Of a DNA stretch of 64,000 bases, positions 40,498-50,350 are shown one piece after another; positions within the stretch are counted from its first letter, which is position 1; each line of letters starts with the position of its first letter. Location: positions 64,001-128,000 of the forward strand of contig CAVUWV010000010.1 in assembly GCA_963745075.1 (NCBI GenBank), read 5' to 3'. The DNA comes from Candidatus Hydrogenedentota bacterium. Its GTDB lineage: Bacteria; Hydrogenedentota; Hydrogenedentia; Hydrogenedentales; SLHB01. A program made the translations under genes and the position numbers. The notes beneath the pieces were generated by a model. That model was not told the origin of the DNA. It searched no databases and saw nothing but the letters and a program-made list of their open reading frames with translations.

Positions 40498-41502
40498 TTA
40501 CTCCATCCAGGTCTCGAACACGGCTGCAATATTCTCCGCGGGGTCCCGGTTGCCCCACTCGCACTGGGCCATGACTCCGCCGTTCCCTTTGTCCAGCGCG
40601 GCCCGGACCCGCCGCACCGCCGCGCGCACCTCGTCAACCGTCCCGAACGGCAGAATGCGCTGCCGGCAGATCTCGCCCCAAAACGTGATTTTTCCCTGGA
40701 ACTGCCGCCCGATCTCTTCGATGTTCATGCAGAAGAGCTGGCTGTTCAAGGCGTCCACGCCGATCTCGATCAAGTCCGGAATGATCTCGCGGATATGCCC
40801 GTCCGAATGAAAGAAGACCCGCTTCCCGGATGACTTGATGATGTCGCAGTACTCGCGATACATCGGCTTGAAGAAGGACCGCCACAGCTCCGGATCGATC
40901 AGCAGGCTGCCCTGCGCGCCCCAATCGTCCATGAATTGGATTCCTTCGACTTCCGTGGCCGCCCACAGTTCCAGTTCGCGCAGGAAGAAACCGTGCACCA
41001 TGTCGCGCAGGGCAAACAGTTCGGCCGGTTGCACCATCAAATCCACGAGCAGATTCTCCGTGCCCCGAAGGAACTGCATCCGCTCGAAGGGCCGCACGCC
41101 CGTCCCGGTACGCGTAAAGCGATCCGACGCCCGGCAATAGGCCGTGATGCCGGAGAAATCGGCGTTGTCCAAGATTTCGTTGGGCGGCGTGAAATCCTCC
41201 AACGCCGACCACTCGGCCAGGGGTGACCGCTTCACTTCACCGCAGACTCCGGGTTCGGCGACGGTCCAGGTGCAGTCCCATTCGTCGGTGTAAGAGCCGA
41301 CCTCAGCCGGGGTGCCCGCCATGCGTGTGCAGGGCCCGTAGGGGCTGGGCGGGTTGTCAAAGTCGACGGGGAACCGCGCCAGCAGCGTTCGCAGTTCCTC
41401 CGAACGGTACCGCTCCACCCCGGCCAGCCGCCATAGGTCGCGGGGTGCCCGGTCCGGTGTATCAAAGTCTAAACAGCGGTTTACACGCTCACGTGAATTC
41501 AT
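40498..41502 (-). CDS. UroD/MtaA (methylcobamide methyltransferase-like) family protein
   Basis: MNSRERV...PDRAP, LRGTEN, MDDWG-x-Q, FHSDG, GT-x-DEVR. Confidence 0.85.
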   Translation of the reverse strand: MNSRERVNRCLDFDTPDRAPRDLWRLAGVERYRSEELRTLLARFPVDFDNPPSPYGPCTRMAGTPAEVGSYTDEWDCTWTVAEPGVCGEVKRSPLAEWSALEDFTPPNEILDNADFSGITAYCRASDRFTRTGTGVRPFERMQFLRGTENLLVDLMVQPAELFALRDMVHGFFLRELELWAATEVEGIQFMDDWGAQGSLLIDPELWRSFFKPMYREYCDIIKSSGKRVFFHSDGHIREIIPDLIEIGVDALNSQLFCMNIEEIGRQFQGKITFWGEICRQRILPFGTVDEVRAAVRRVRAALDKGNGGVMAQCEWGNRDPAENIAAVFETWME

Positions 41503-41623
41503 GGTTCCCCCCTTCAGAGACGATACCGGATTGACCCCTAATCCATCTGCGGGAAAAGTATACCATCGGAACAAAACGAGAATCCTGCGACCGGGAAATG
41601 GTACTATTTAGCGGGGGAACACC

Positions 41624-42790
41624 ATGGATTACGACGAGATTGGCGTCATGCTCGGGCAGGCACCTGCCGCTTTCCATTCGGGTGGAGATGCGGAGTCGTC
41701 GCTACGCGAGCGATTCCGCCGAACCATGTTTTTCCAGCACGTCGACCGGCGCCCGAACTTCGAGTTTGGATATTGGGCCCGCACCATTGAGGTCTGGCAT
41801 TCCCAGGGTCTACCGGATTCTGTCGTCGATGAAGCGACAGCGTACGATTACTTCGGGATCGAGTCGTGGCCGGTGTTGAATGTCACGTCCAATCCGTTGC
41901 CATTGTACGAACGCACGGTCCTCGAAGAAACCGACGAATACGAAACCTATTGCGACGAACTCGGATGTATTGCGCGCATCAACAAGCACGGCGACCAGTC
42001 CATCCCACATTTCCTCGAGTACCCCGTCAAAGACCGCGCGACGTGGGAACCCTTCAAGGCGGCGATGGACCCGAACGCTCCGGCGCGTTGGGAGGACTTC
42101 GAGGAATCGCTCGTCACACTCAGTCGCGTCGATGCGCCCATTGGCGTGTACGGCGGCAGCATGGCGGGCGTTCCGCGCAATCTGATCGGCTTCGAGCATA
42201 TCGCCACGTTGCCCTACGAAGACCCCGCGTTTCTTACAGAGATCATCGACGCGTTTGGCGCGTGTACGGTGGCCGTACTCGAACGTGTGCTGCCGCGCAT
42301 CCAGGTCGACTTCTGCATGGGCTGGGAAGATATCTGCTTCAACATGGGACCCATCATCCCGCCGGACTTCTTTCGGGCCGTCGTCGGTCCGTGGTATCGG
42401 CGCATCGCAGACCTGCTGACGGCGCACGGCTGCTGCGTGTACACGACTGACACTGACGGCAACATTCTTCCCGTGGTAGACGCCTTTCTCGACAACGGCC
42501 TCAACACCATGTTTCCAGTCGAAGTCCACGCCGGTTCCGATCCCTGCCGACTGCGGGACGTGTATGGGAAACGCATCCGATTATGGGGCGGCGTGTGTAA
42601 GCGGAAACTGGCCCATTCCCGCGACGCCATCGACGCGGAACTGGAGCGGTTGCGTCCCTATGTGGAGCAAGGCGGATTTATCCCGGGTGTCGACCACCGT
42701 GTGCCGGCCGACGTGCCGCTCGACCTGTACAAGTACTATCTCGACCGCAAGCGCGACGTGCTGCGCGTGGGCGGCGAACCCAAATATTGA
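41624..42790 (+). CDS. UroD/MtaA family protein
   Basis: WEDIC, TDTDG, FPVEV, GGVCK, GGFIPGVDH-x-VP. Confidence 0.82.
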   Translation: MDYDEIGVMLGQAPAAFHSGGDAESSLRERFRRTMFFQHVDRRPNFEFGYWARTIEVWHSQGLPDSVVDEATAYDYFGIESWPVLNVTSNPLPLYERTVLEETDEYETYCDELGCIARINKHGDQSIPHFLEYPVKDRATWEPFKAAMDPNAPARWEDFEESLVTLSRVDAPIGVYGGSMAGVPRNLIGFEHIATLPYEDPAFLTEIIDAFGACTVAVLERVLPRIQVDFCMGWEDICFNMGPIIPPDFFRAVVGPWYRRIADLLTAHGCCVYTTDTDGNILPVVDAFLDNGLNTMFPVEVHAGSDPCRLRDVYGKRIRLWGGVCKRKLAHSRDAIDAELERLRPYVEQGGFIPGVDHRVPADVPLDLYKYYLDRKRDVLRVGGEPKY

Positions 42791-42798
42791 GCGAAATT

Positions 42799-43872
42799 AT
42801 GAACGGCATCGAACGCATATCGAACATTCTCCGACGCAAACCGGTGGACCGGATCGGTTTGTTCGAACACTTCTGGGGCGACACGCAGAAGAAGTGGTCC
42901 GGGGAAGGCCATCTCGCGCCGGACGAATCGTTGGAGGAGCACTTCGGATTCGACATGCAGTTGTGCTGGCCGTTCAACATGACCGCCAACCTCGATCACG
43001 AACCCGAGGTGCTGGAGGAAACCGAAGAGACCATCCTCACGCGTGACGGAAATGGCGCCGTGCTGCGGCGGCATAAACTGCACGACGCCACTCCCGAGCA
43101 TATTGATTTCCTCGTCAAGGATCGGGCGGCCTGGGAGGAGCATATCAAACCCTATCTCGAACCCGAACGGGCACGCATCGATTTCGCCGCCTATCGCAAG
43201 GCCCGATGTGAAGCGGAGCACCGTGGCCGTTTCTTTGGGTGGTCGGGCGTCAATGTTTTCGAGTTGATGCATCCCGTTTGCGGGCACGAACACATGCTCG
43301 TGGGCATGGCGGTGGATCCGGACTGGATTCGGGATATGGTTGATACCTACGCAAACCTCACCGTCTCCCTCATGGAGATCCTCTTCGCCGAGGAAGGGTA
43401 CCCCGACGGCCTTTGGTTCTACGAAGATATGGGGTTTAAGAAACGATCCTTCTTTTCGCTGGATATGTACCGGGAAATCATCCAGCCCGGCCACCGCCGG
43501 ACCATCGACTTCGCCAAGAGCCACGGGTTACCGGTCATCATGCATTCCTGCGGCTACGTCGCGCCCCTAATTCCGGGGATGTTGGAGTCCGGCATCGACT
43601 GCCTCCAGGTCATCGAGGTCAAAGCCGGGATGGACCTCCTGGAACTCTACCGGGCCTACGGCGACCGGCTTTCGTTTATGGGCGGAATCGACGTTCGCGT
43701 CCTCTATACCAACGACCGGGAGCAAATCGAGGCCGAACTGGCCGCGAAGATTCCGGCCGTTAAGGAGCACTACGGATACGTGTTGCATTCGGACCACTCC
43801 ATCCCCGATCAAGTCGACTATGAGAGCTACCGGTTTTTTGTTGACCGGGGGATGGAAATCGGACGATACTAG
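42799..43872 (+). CDS. UroD/MtaA family protein with H-x-C Zn motif
   Basis: YEDMG, MHSCG, EVKAGMD, GGID, HSDHSIP. Confidence 0.85.
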   Translation: MNGIERISNILRRKPVDRIGLFEHFWGDTQKKWSGEGHLAPDESLEEHFGFDMQLCWPFNMTANLDHEPEVLEETEETILTRDGNGAVLRRHKLHDATPEHIDFLVKDRAAWEEHIKPYLEPERARIDFAAYRKARCEAEHRGRFFGWSGVNVFELMHPVCGHEHMLVGMAVDPDWIRDMVDTYANLTVSLMEILFAEEGYPDGLWFYEDMGFKKRSFFSLDMYREIIQPGHRRTIDFAKSHGLPVIMHSCGYVAPLIPGMLESGIDCLQVIEVKAGMDLLELYRAYGDRLSFMGGIDVRVLYTNDREQIEAELAAKIPAVKEHYGYVLHSDHSIPDQVDYESYRFFVDRGMEIGRY

Positions 43873-43905
43873 ATAGCACTGTATATGGGAAGAGAGGGAG
43901 ATGCC

Positions 43906-44574
43906 ATGGAAGAGATTCTGAAGAACATCGCAACGTGTATCGAGCGGGGCAAGGTCAATGCCGCGTCGCCGTATCCGCCGGACTTGAAGGGGCAGGACGG
44001 CGCCGACGAGTTGACGAAAGCCGCGCTGGACATGGGAATCGATCCCAATGACGTGCTTGCCCAAGGCCTCGTCGTCGGCATGAATGCGATCGGCCGGAAG
44101 TTCAGCGAAAACAAGGTGTTCGTGCCCGATCTGCTCATGGCTTCCAAGGCCATGCAGGCCGCCATGGCACACCTGAAGCCCTTCTTCGAATCCGGCCAGG
44201 CCAAGCACCGTGGATCGTTTATCGTCGGCACGGTCCAGGGTGACCTGCACGATATCGGCAAGAATCTGGTCAGCATGGTTATGGAAGGCGGGGGCTGGGA
44301 AGTCATTGACCTCGGCGTTGACGTAAGCGCCGAGAAATTCGTCGACGCCCTGCGCGAACGCCCGGGAAGCGCCATCGGACTCAGCGCGTTGTTGACCACG
44401 ACTATGGTCAACATGGAGAAGACCGTAACAGCCGTACGCCAGGAATTCCCCGACACCAAGATCATCGTAGGTGGCGCCCCCCTGACCGCGGAGTTCGCAA
44501 AGAAGATCGGCGCGGACGCCTATTCGCCCGATCCGCAAGGCGCTCTGGATTATCTCGCCGGCGCGGTGGCCTGA
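43906..44574 (+). CDS. Stand-alone corrinoid (B12-binding) protein, MtaC / MetH cap+cob-like
   Basis: GTVQGDLHDIGKNLV (DxHxxG), DLGVDV, LSALLTTTM, VGGAP. Confidence 0.95.
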   Translation: MEEILKNIATCIERGKVNAASPYPPDLKGQDGADELTKAALDMGIDPNDVLAQGLVVGMNAIGRKFSENKVFVPDLLMASKAMQAAMAHLKPFFESGQAKHRGSFIVGTVQGDLHDIGKNLVSMVMEGGGWEVIDLGVDVSAEKFVDALRERPGSAIGLSALLTTTMVNMEKTVTAVRQEFPDTKIIVGGAPLTAEFAKKIGADAYSPDPQGALDYLAGAVA

Positions 44575-44621
44575 GTGCGGGTTTCCTCGTCGCGCATCGG
44601 GGGAAGCTGAGAGGGGGACTG

Positions 44622-45317
44622 GTGATGGACGGCTCCGTCGAGGAGTACGCCGTTGATTTCGCGTCCATGGGGTTGACTCCTGCCCACGTCGAGTGGGCTA
44701 TGGGCTATCCCATGGGACAGGCGCCCGATCCGCTGCCGGTATTGATCGCGGAGTTGTTGGAGGAAGCCCCTCATCAGTCAGCGGGGCGCGTGGGCGCGCG
44801 TACGCTTCCACCGGGTAGGGTACGCGTCGGGGACGATTGCCTGAGTCTGGACGGCACGGTATTTAGGACCGGCCCGCAGATTGCCGCATTGATGAGTGAC
44901 TCGGAATCCGTCGTGGTCTTTGTGGCCACGGTTGGTCGCTCGATGGATGCGTGGATCAAGGGGTACTTCGAGCGCGGCGACCCGATGCGCGGTTACGTGG
45001 CGGACACCATCGGCTCGGAAGCCGTGGAAGGGGCCGCCAACTGGTTGGAAGAACGAATCATGGACCGCGCGATCGAATCCAGCCACTACACGACCAGCCG
45101 GTTCAGCCCCGGCTTTTGCGACTGGGACGTGGACGAGCAACATCGTTTGTTTTCGTTGCTGCCGGAAGGATTCTGCGGCATACAACTCACGGATAGCGCG
45201 CTGATGCTGCCGGTCAAGTCGGTCAGCGGCGTTCTCGGCATCGGAACGGATTGCGAACGCGTGGTGACGGCTTGCAGCGTCTGCACACTGGAAACCTGCT
45301 TTCGGCGCAGGCTATAG
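44622..45317 (+). CDS. Stand-alone B12 methionine-synthase activation (AdoMet-binding) domain protein
   Basis: FVATVG, RFSPGFCDW...Q, LMLP-x-KSVSG, C-terminal CxxCxxxxC. Confidence 0.85.
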   Translation: MMDGSVEEYAVDFASMGLTPAHVEWAMGYPMGQAPDPLPVLIAELLEEAPHQSAGRVGARTLPPGRVRVGDDCLSLDGTVFRTGPQIAALMSDSESVVVFVATVGRSMDAWIKGYFERGDPMRGYVADTIGSEAVEGAANWLEERIMDRAIESSHYTTSRFSPGFCDWDVDEQHRLFSLLPEGFCGIQLTDSALMLPVKSVSGVLGIGTDCERVVTACSVCTLETCFRRRL

Positions 45318-45335
45318 ACCGCCAAATGGGGGATC

Positions 45336-46232
45336 ATGAACTCAATCCTAAATGCACTTCGGGAACGCAAGTACCTCGTCTCTGACGGGGGATGGGGAAC
45401 CTTCCTCGTGGCGGCCGGTCTGGGGCCCGGAGAATGTCCGGAACTGTGGAACGCCGATCGCCCCGACGTGGTGCGTACCATTGCATCGACCTACGCAGAA
45501 GCCGGCGCCGACATCGTCATGACCAACAGCTTCGGCGGTTCGCGCATTACACTCGAACCGTACGGCCTTGCGTCGCGCGCGTCCGAGCTGAACGAAGCGG
45601 CCGCACGACTTTCTCGGGAAGCCGTCGGCGACCGAGCGCAGGTACTCGCCTCCGTGGGGCCCACGGGCAAGATTCTCATGATGGGCGACGTGACCGAAGA
45701 AGAACTCTATGACGCCTTCAAGGAGCAAGCGGAGGCCTTGGCTCGCGGCGGTGCGGACGCATGCAGCGTGGAAACCATGACCGCCATCGACGAGGCCGCC
45801 ATCGCCGCTCGGGCGGTAAAAGAAAACACCGACCTCGAGCTGGTCTGTTCGTTTACCTTCAGCATGCGGACCGACGACGGCTACCGAACCATGATGGGCG
45901 TTTCCGTCGCGGAAATGGCGGAGGCCATGCTTGCCGCGGGGGCCGACGTGCTCGGCGTGAACTGTAGTTTGGGGCCCAAAGAAATGGTCGAGGTCGTGCG
46001 AGATCTGCATGCTGCCGCTCCCGACACGCCGATCCTCGTTCATCCCAACGCCGGTATGCCGAAGCGCGCCGATGATGGGACGGTGACCTATCCCGAGTCT
46101 CCGGAAGGTATGGCGTGCCAAGTGCCCGCCCTGGTCGCGGCTGGAGCCAGCATCCTCGGCGGCTGTTGCGGTACCGGTCCCGATCACATTCGCGCTATCG
46201 CCCGGACGGTGCGGGAGTTGGCAAACCAGTAG
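45336..46232 (+). CDS. Stand-alone homocysteine S-methyltransferase (MetH N-terminal domain)
   Basis: DGGWGT, AGAD-x-x-x-TNSF, GVNCS, PNAG-x-P, GGCCGTGP-x-HI (three Zn-binding Cys). Confidence 0.93.
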   Translation: MNSILNALRERKYLVSDGGWGTFLVAAGLGPGECPELWNADRPDVVRTIASTYAEAGADIVMTNSFGGSRITLEPYGLASRASELNEAAARLSREAVGDRAQVLASVGPTGKILMMGDVTEEELYDAFKEQAEALARGGADACSVETMTAIDEAAIAARAVKENTDLELVCSFTFSMRTDDGYRTMMGVSVAEMAEAMLAAGADVLGVNCSLGPKEMVEVVRDLHAAAPDTPILVHPNAGMPKRADDGTVTYPESPEGMACQVPALVAAGASILGGCCGTGPDHIRAIARTVRELANQ

Positions 46233-46245
46233 GACAAGCAATACG

Positions 46246-47613
46246 ATGAAACGTTTCGAGTCCCTGGTCGTTTCCGATCTCGCCGAACTGCACTTCGGTC
46301 GCGCGCCGAACCCCGTCCAGATCGCTCCACACGTTGTCGTTGGAGCGGGGGAGACCATTCCCGAAGTCAACTACATTCTCCCGTACAACAGCGAAGTCAG
46401 CGCGGCGACGCTCGAGAACGTCGTCGAGTTGTACCGGACGATGGCGCGTGGCGTGCTTCAACGCGCGGTGGACCTCGAAATCCCGCGTCTGATAATCGAA
46501 ATCGAACTGGTGTTCGAACTGACGGCCGAACCGGAGTGGGGGGAACGGGTTATCCGGGCAACCCGCGAGGCGATCGACGAGTTCGCAGAGCGCGGCGTTC
46601 AAGCTGCGCTGCGCACCACCGTGGCCGATATCCGCGACCGCGTACGCCCACCCCGAAACCGGACCAGCGGCGAAACGGAACTCGTCTTTGAAGCTTTTGA
46701 ACGCTGTGCTCCCTACTCCGATATTCTCTCCATCGAGTCAACCGGTGGAAAGGAAGTCTCGGACAACGCGCTGCTGCATTGCAGTGCCGGAGAACTCGTC
46801 TATGCCCTCGGCGTACTGGCGTCCAACGACATGGAGTTTCTCTGGAAACGCGTGTGCGCCATCGCTGCATCCCATGGAAAAGTTGCCGGCGGTGACGCCG
46901 CATGCGGATTCGCCAACACCGCCATGCAACTTGCCCGGAAACACATGGTTCCCACGGTGTTCGCCGCCGTGGTCCGTGCCATGGGCGCGGCACGTTCACT
47001 CGTGGCCGTCGAGTGCGGCGCGACCGGTCCCGACAAGGACTGCGCCTACGAGGGCCCGGTCCTGAAGGTCATCTCGGGTATTCCCATTGCCATGGAGGGC
47101 AAGTCCGCGGCCTGCGCCCATTCCAGCCCCCTGGGGAACGTGGCGATGGCCTGTTGCGACACGTGGAGCAACGAATCCGTACCGTACACGCAACTGTTCG
47201 GCGGCTACTCGCCGGAAGTCATGCTCGAACAGCTTTGGTACGACTGCAAACTGATGAACGAGGCGCTTCGCAGCGGGGATGCCTTGGTTCTGCGCGATTT
47301 GCTCACCCGTTCCGATACGGGAACCAGCGCGGAGGCGTTGGTGTTGGCGCCCGAGTCCTCCCTGCGGATTGCGCGTGCCATTGTGACTACTCCCGACCGG
47401 GCCGAACGGACGTGCCGTGCTGCGCTGGAAGCGCTTGCAATCATCACCGAAGCCCACCGCGCGGGAGCGCTGACCTTGCCGGACATCGAAATTCCGTGGC
47501 TTGACCGCATCCGGGAAGAGTTGGAAGCGTTTGCATCGGATGGTCCGCGTGCAGTGGAAGGTCAAACGGCCGCGCTTGCGGGGCAGTTCGTCGCGGAAGA
47601 GTACGGACTCTAA
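46246..47613 (+). CDS. mtaB: Methanol:corrinoid methyltransferase MtaB homolog
   Basis: PEVNY, SIESTGGKE, GDAACGFANTAM, GPDKDCAYE, EGKSAACAHSSPLGN, WSNESV, YDCKLMN. Confidence 0.88.
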   Translation: MKRFESLVVSDLAELHFGRAPNPVQIAPHVVVGAGETIPEVNYILPYNSEVSAATLENVVELYRTMARGVLQRAVDLEIPRLIIEIELVFELTAEPEWGERVIRATREAIDEFAERGVQAALRTTVADIRDRVRPPRNRTSGETELVFEAFERCAPYSDILSIESTGGKEVSDNALLHCSAGELVYALGVLASNDMEFLWKRVCAIAASHGKVAGGDAACGFANTAMQLARKHMVPTVFAAVVRAMGAARSLVAVECGATGPDKDCAYEGPVLKVISGIPIAMEGKSAACAHSSPLGNVAMACCDTWSNESVPYTQLFGGYSPEVMLEQLWYDCKLMNEALRSGDALVLRDLLTRSDTGTSAEALVLAPESSLRIARAIVTTPDRAERTCRAALEALAIITEAHRAGALTLPDIEIPWLDRIREELEAFASDGPRAVEGQTAALAGQFVAEEYGL

Positions 47614-47738
47614 CCCGTATTGCCGATTGGTGCAGCAGCTCTTGGCAGGGAATTCTTCCGGAACGCCCAGATCTTTCCCCTTGCGAATTCGCGCATTTCG
47701 TGGTTAGATCGTGATAGAGGCATATGGGAGGGGTTCCT

Positions 47739-48185
47739 ATGGCTCCGTTGCGCTTTATTGATGTCCTCCGGAAGGCCGAAGCGTTCCACCGGGATCTGAG
47801 CAACTTCTACCGTTCTCGTATCGCGGAAACTCAGGACGAGCACCTTCGGGTATTGCTGGACCATCTGAGCAGGCATGAAGCGTATATCGAGCACTGCCTC
47901 GAAGAATACGAACACGGCGCATCCAGAGGCGTGCTCGATGCCTGGTTCAAGATCTCACCTAATTTCCGTGCTCTTCCACGAATGCAGCAAATGCGGGTCG
48001 GAGAAGACCTGACACGGGACGCCTTGGTCCAAATGGGGCTCGACCTTGACCGCTTTCTCATCTCCATCTACCGGGAGCTTATCGGACGGGCCATCTCGAC
48101 CCCGCTGCGCGAGGCACTTACAGACTTGCTCGATATGGAGCACCGGGAAGAAATCAGGATGATGTGCAACGCTGCGGCCGACTGA
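47739..48185 (+). CDS. Ferritin/rubrerythrin-like helical hypothetical protein
   Basis: FH...Y...LLDHLSRHE...IYREL...LLDMEHRE four-helix pattern; GGAGG RBS. Confidence 0.55.
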   Translation: MAPLRFIDVLRKAEAFHRDLSNFYRSRIAETQDEHLRVLLDHLSRHEAYIEHCLEEYEHGASRGVLDAWFKISPNFRALPRMQQMRVGEDLTRDALVQMGLDLDRFLISIYRELIGRAISTPLREALTDLLDMEHREEIRMMCNAAAD

Positions 48186-48186
48186 G

Positions 48187-48381
48187 TCAGGATTGGTGAA
48201 GGCCACAAGTGTCGGAGTGGTTGCAGCTTCCGCAGTCGTGGCCCATACCTTCCAGGAGGTCGCAGTCGTCCGGTACGTTCGGCGTATTGCGGCGCACCCA
48301 TTGCTGCACCCCGACCCACACCACGGCGATGAATACCATTCCGCCGATTCCGATTCCAAAGGTGTAAAGCAGGTGCATCAT
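48187..48381 (-). CDS. Small membrane protein with Cys-rich tail, last gene of the rnf operon
   Basis: One TM plus C...CGSCNHSDTC; co-oriented just after rnfA. Confidence 0.6.
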   Translation of the reverse strand: MMHLLYTFGIGIGGMVFIAVVWVGVQQWVRRNTPNVPDDCDLLEGMGHDCGSCNHSDTCGLHQS

Positions 48382-48420
48382 GGTACGCGACCTCATCCGG
48401 TTAGCGTCTCGACGCTTTCT

Positions 48421-49005
48421 TTACGTAGTGCCCAAGCCCGCAAATCCCATGAAGGCCATGGATAGAATGCCTGCGACCATCAACGCGATCGCAGTACCTT
48501 TCGCGACACCGGGTACATCGGCCAGGTTAAGCTGTTCCCGAATACCCGACATGATGATCAGGGCCAGCGCGAAGCCCAAGCCGGAGCCGATGCTGAATAC
48601 GACGCTCTGGGCGAAACTGTACTCCCGAAGCGTTTGAAACAAGGCGACGCCAAGAATGGCGCAGTTGGTGGTAATAAGCGGGAGATAAATCCCCAACGCG
48701 CGGAAGAGCGCGGGACTTGTCTTCTTGATGAACATCTCGACCAACTGCACGGTCGAAGCAATGACCACAATATAGGCGATAATGCGGAGGTATTCGGCGC
48801 CCGTTGCGATCAGCAATTGGTTGATCCCGTAGGTCAGTGTCGAACTGACCATCATGACGAATATGACGGCGCCTCCCATTCGCGACGCAGTATCCAACTT
48901 TCCGGATACCCCGAGAAACGGACAGATGCCGAGGAATACGGCCAACACCAGGTTATTGATGAGGAGCGAGTCGATAAAGATAAACGAGAGGGATGCCGTA
49001 TTCAC
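48421..49005 (-). CDS. rnfA: Rnf subunit A
   Basis: FLGICPFLG, YLPLITTNCAILG. Confidence 0.93.
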   Translation of the reverse strand: MNTASLSFIFIDSLLINNLVLAVFLGICPFLGVSGKLDTASRMGGAVIFVMMVSSTLTYGINQLLIATGAEYLRIIAYIVVIASTVQLVEMFIKKTSPALFRALGIYLPLITTNCAILGVALFQTLREYSFAQSVVFSIGSGLGFALALIIMSGIREQLNLADVPGVAKGTAIALMVAGILSMAFMGFAGLGTT

Positions 49006-49652
49006 GATGCCTGCTCCTCTGCCGTTGCCAGGACGGCTTTCCGGTCCTTACGCTCTCGCCAAACGGCGAAGGCGAGGAGCCACGCGCCCAAGGTGAAGAA
49101 TCCGCCGCTGGGTAGGAGAAAGATCACCCAGGGCTCATAATGGGAGCCGAACAAGTGGACACCCAGGAAAGTGCCCGCGCCCAGGATCTCGCGTACACTT
49201 CCCAGGCTTAACAGCGCGAGCGAGAAGCCGAGCCCCATTCCCAACGCGTCCAAAATGGCGCGGAAAACGGTGTTCTTTGATGCGAAGGCTTCGGCACGAC
49301 CCAGGATAATGCAGTTCACCACGATAAGTGGGACGAACGGGCCCAACGCGCGGGAAACGGGGATGCTGACCGCTTGGAGGATGTAGTCCGCCGCCGTAAC
49401 AAAAGTCGAAATGATGAGAATGTACGTGGCGATGCGAACCTGTTTGGGAACGATTTTCCGAACCATCGATACGACCGTACTCGACATGACCAGGACAAAC
49501 ATCGTGGCCAACCCCATCGCGATGGCGTTTTGGACCGAGTTTGTCACTGCCAACAGGGGGCACATTCCCAGTACCTGCACAAATACCGGATTCTCTTTCC
49601 AAAGCCCGTTGAAGAGTATATCGGTTTGCGAAGATTTCGCCCCGTCGCTCAT
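49002..49652 (-). CDS. rnfE: Rnf subunit E
   Basis: ENPVFVQVLGMCP, PLIVVNCIILGRAEAFA. Confidence 0.93.
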   Translation of the reverse strand: MSDGAKSSQTDILFNGLWKENPVFVQVLGMCPLLAVTNSVQNAIAMGLATMFVLVMSSTVVSMVRKIVPKQVRIATYILIISTFVTAADYILQAVSIPVSRALGPFVPLIVVNCIILGRAEAFASKNTVFRAILDALGMGLGFSLALLSLGSVREILGAGTFLGVHLFGSHYEPWVIFLLPSGGFFTLGAWLLAFAVWRERKDRKAVLATAEEQAS

Positions 49653-50350
49653 TGTGTGCCTGCCTTTCGAATCTCGTCCAGATGCTCCGTCACGATCGGG
49701 AGCATGGCATCCGTGCTAACGCGTATGATGTTGCCGACCGCCTTGGAAGAAATCGTTGCACCGGATATCGCGTCGATTTGCCATGGCTCGGACTTCGTCC
49801 CATGTTTTACCGTCACAATCTCATGGGCCGGCTTATCGGTTGTCGGATCTAACGCGACGTCGAGGTCGTTGAAATTGTCCAGGAACCCTGGGTCCGAAGC
49901 GATTTTCGCGCCCAGCCCGGGCGTTTCCTTGGATTCGAGCACCTTGAAGCCGTTGATGCACGCCTTGTCCGGTGAATAGCTGTAAAGCACATTGATGATA
50001 TCTTGATACCCGCGGCCGCTGGCCTCGATCGCGATGCCGGCTAGCTTCCCCGAGTCGTCGTAGCCCACGTAGATTTTCGGCAATGTGGACTTTTCATCCG
50101 GGTTTTCCGTGATGGTCCCATTCGCCAAATCGATCGCAAAGATCTTTTGCGTAGTTGCCGTTGACAGGACTTCGTTAACCGAATCCCGGATGACTTTCGC
50201 ACGATTCCGTGCGATCGCCGGACTGGCGAGTTGGAACACCGTCACAATCAATAGCCCGCAGAGCGTCGCGACCGCAGTCATGACCAGGATCATGTACGCG
50301 CTGCTCGTCTGCTTGGGCACGGGAGCGGCTTGTTCGGACGCCGCACTCAT
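49649..50350 (-). CDS. rnfG: Rnf subunit G
   Basis: TM anchor, ETPGLG, DAISGATISS FMN-attachment site. Confidence 0.92.
   Translation of the reverse strand: MSAASEQAAPVPKQTSSAYMILVMTAVATLCGLLIVTVFQLASPAIARNRAKVIRDSVNEVLSTATTQKIFAIDLANGTITENPDEKSTLPKIYVGYDDSGKLAGIAIEASGRGYQDIINVLYSYSPDKACINGFKVLESKETPGLGAKIASDPGFLDNFNDLDVALDPTTDKPAHEIVTVKHGTKSEPWQIDAISGATISSKAVGNIIRVSTDAMLPIVTEHLDEIRKAGTQ

Noticed and set aside
40498..43872. True uroporphyrinogen decarboxylases (hemE)
   Set aside because: HemE signature (W-x-MRQAGR) is absent; context is corrinoid methyl transfer
40498..47613. Methanogenesis / archaeal origin
   Set aside because: Surrounding genes and promoters are bacterial; no mcr, mtr or CoM genes in the window
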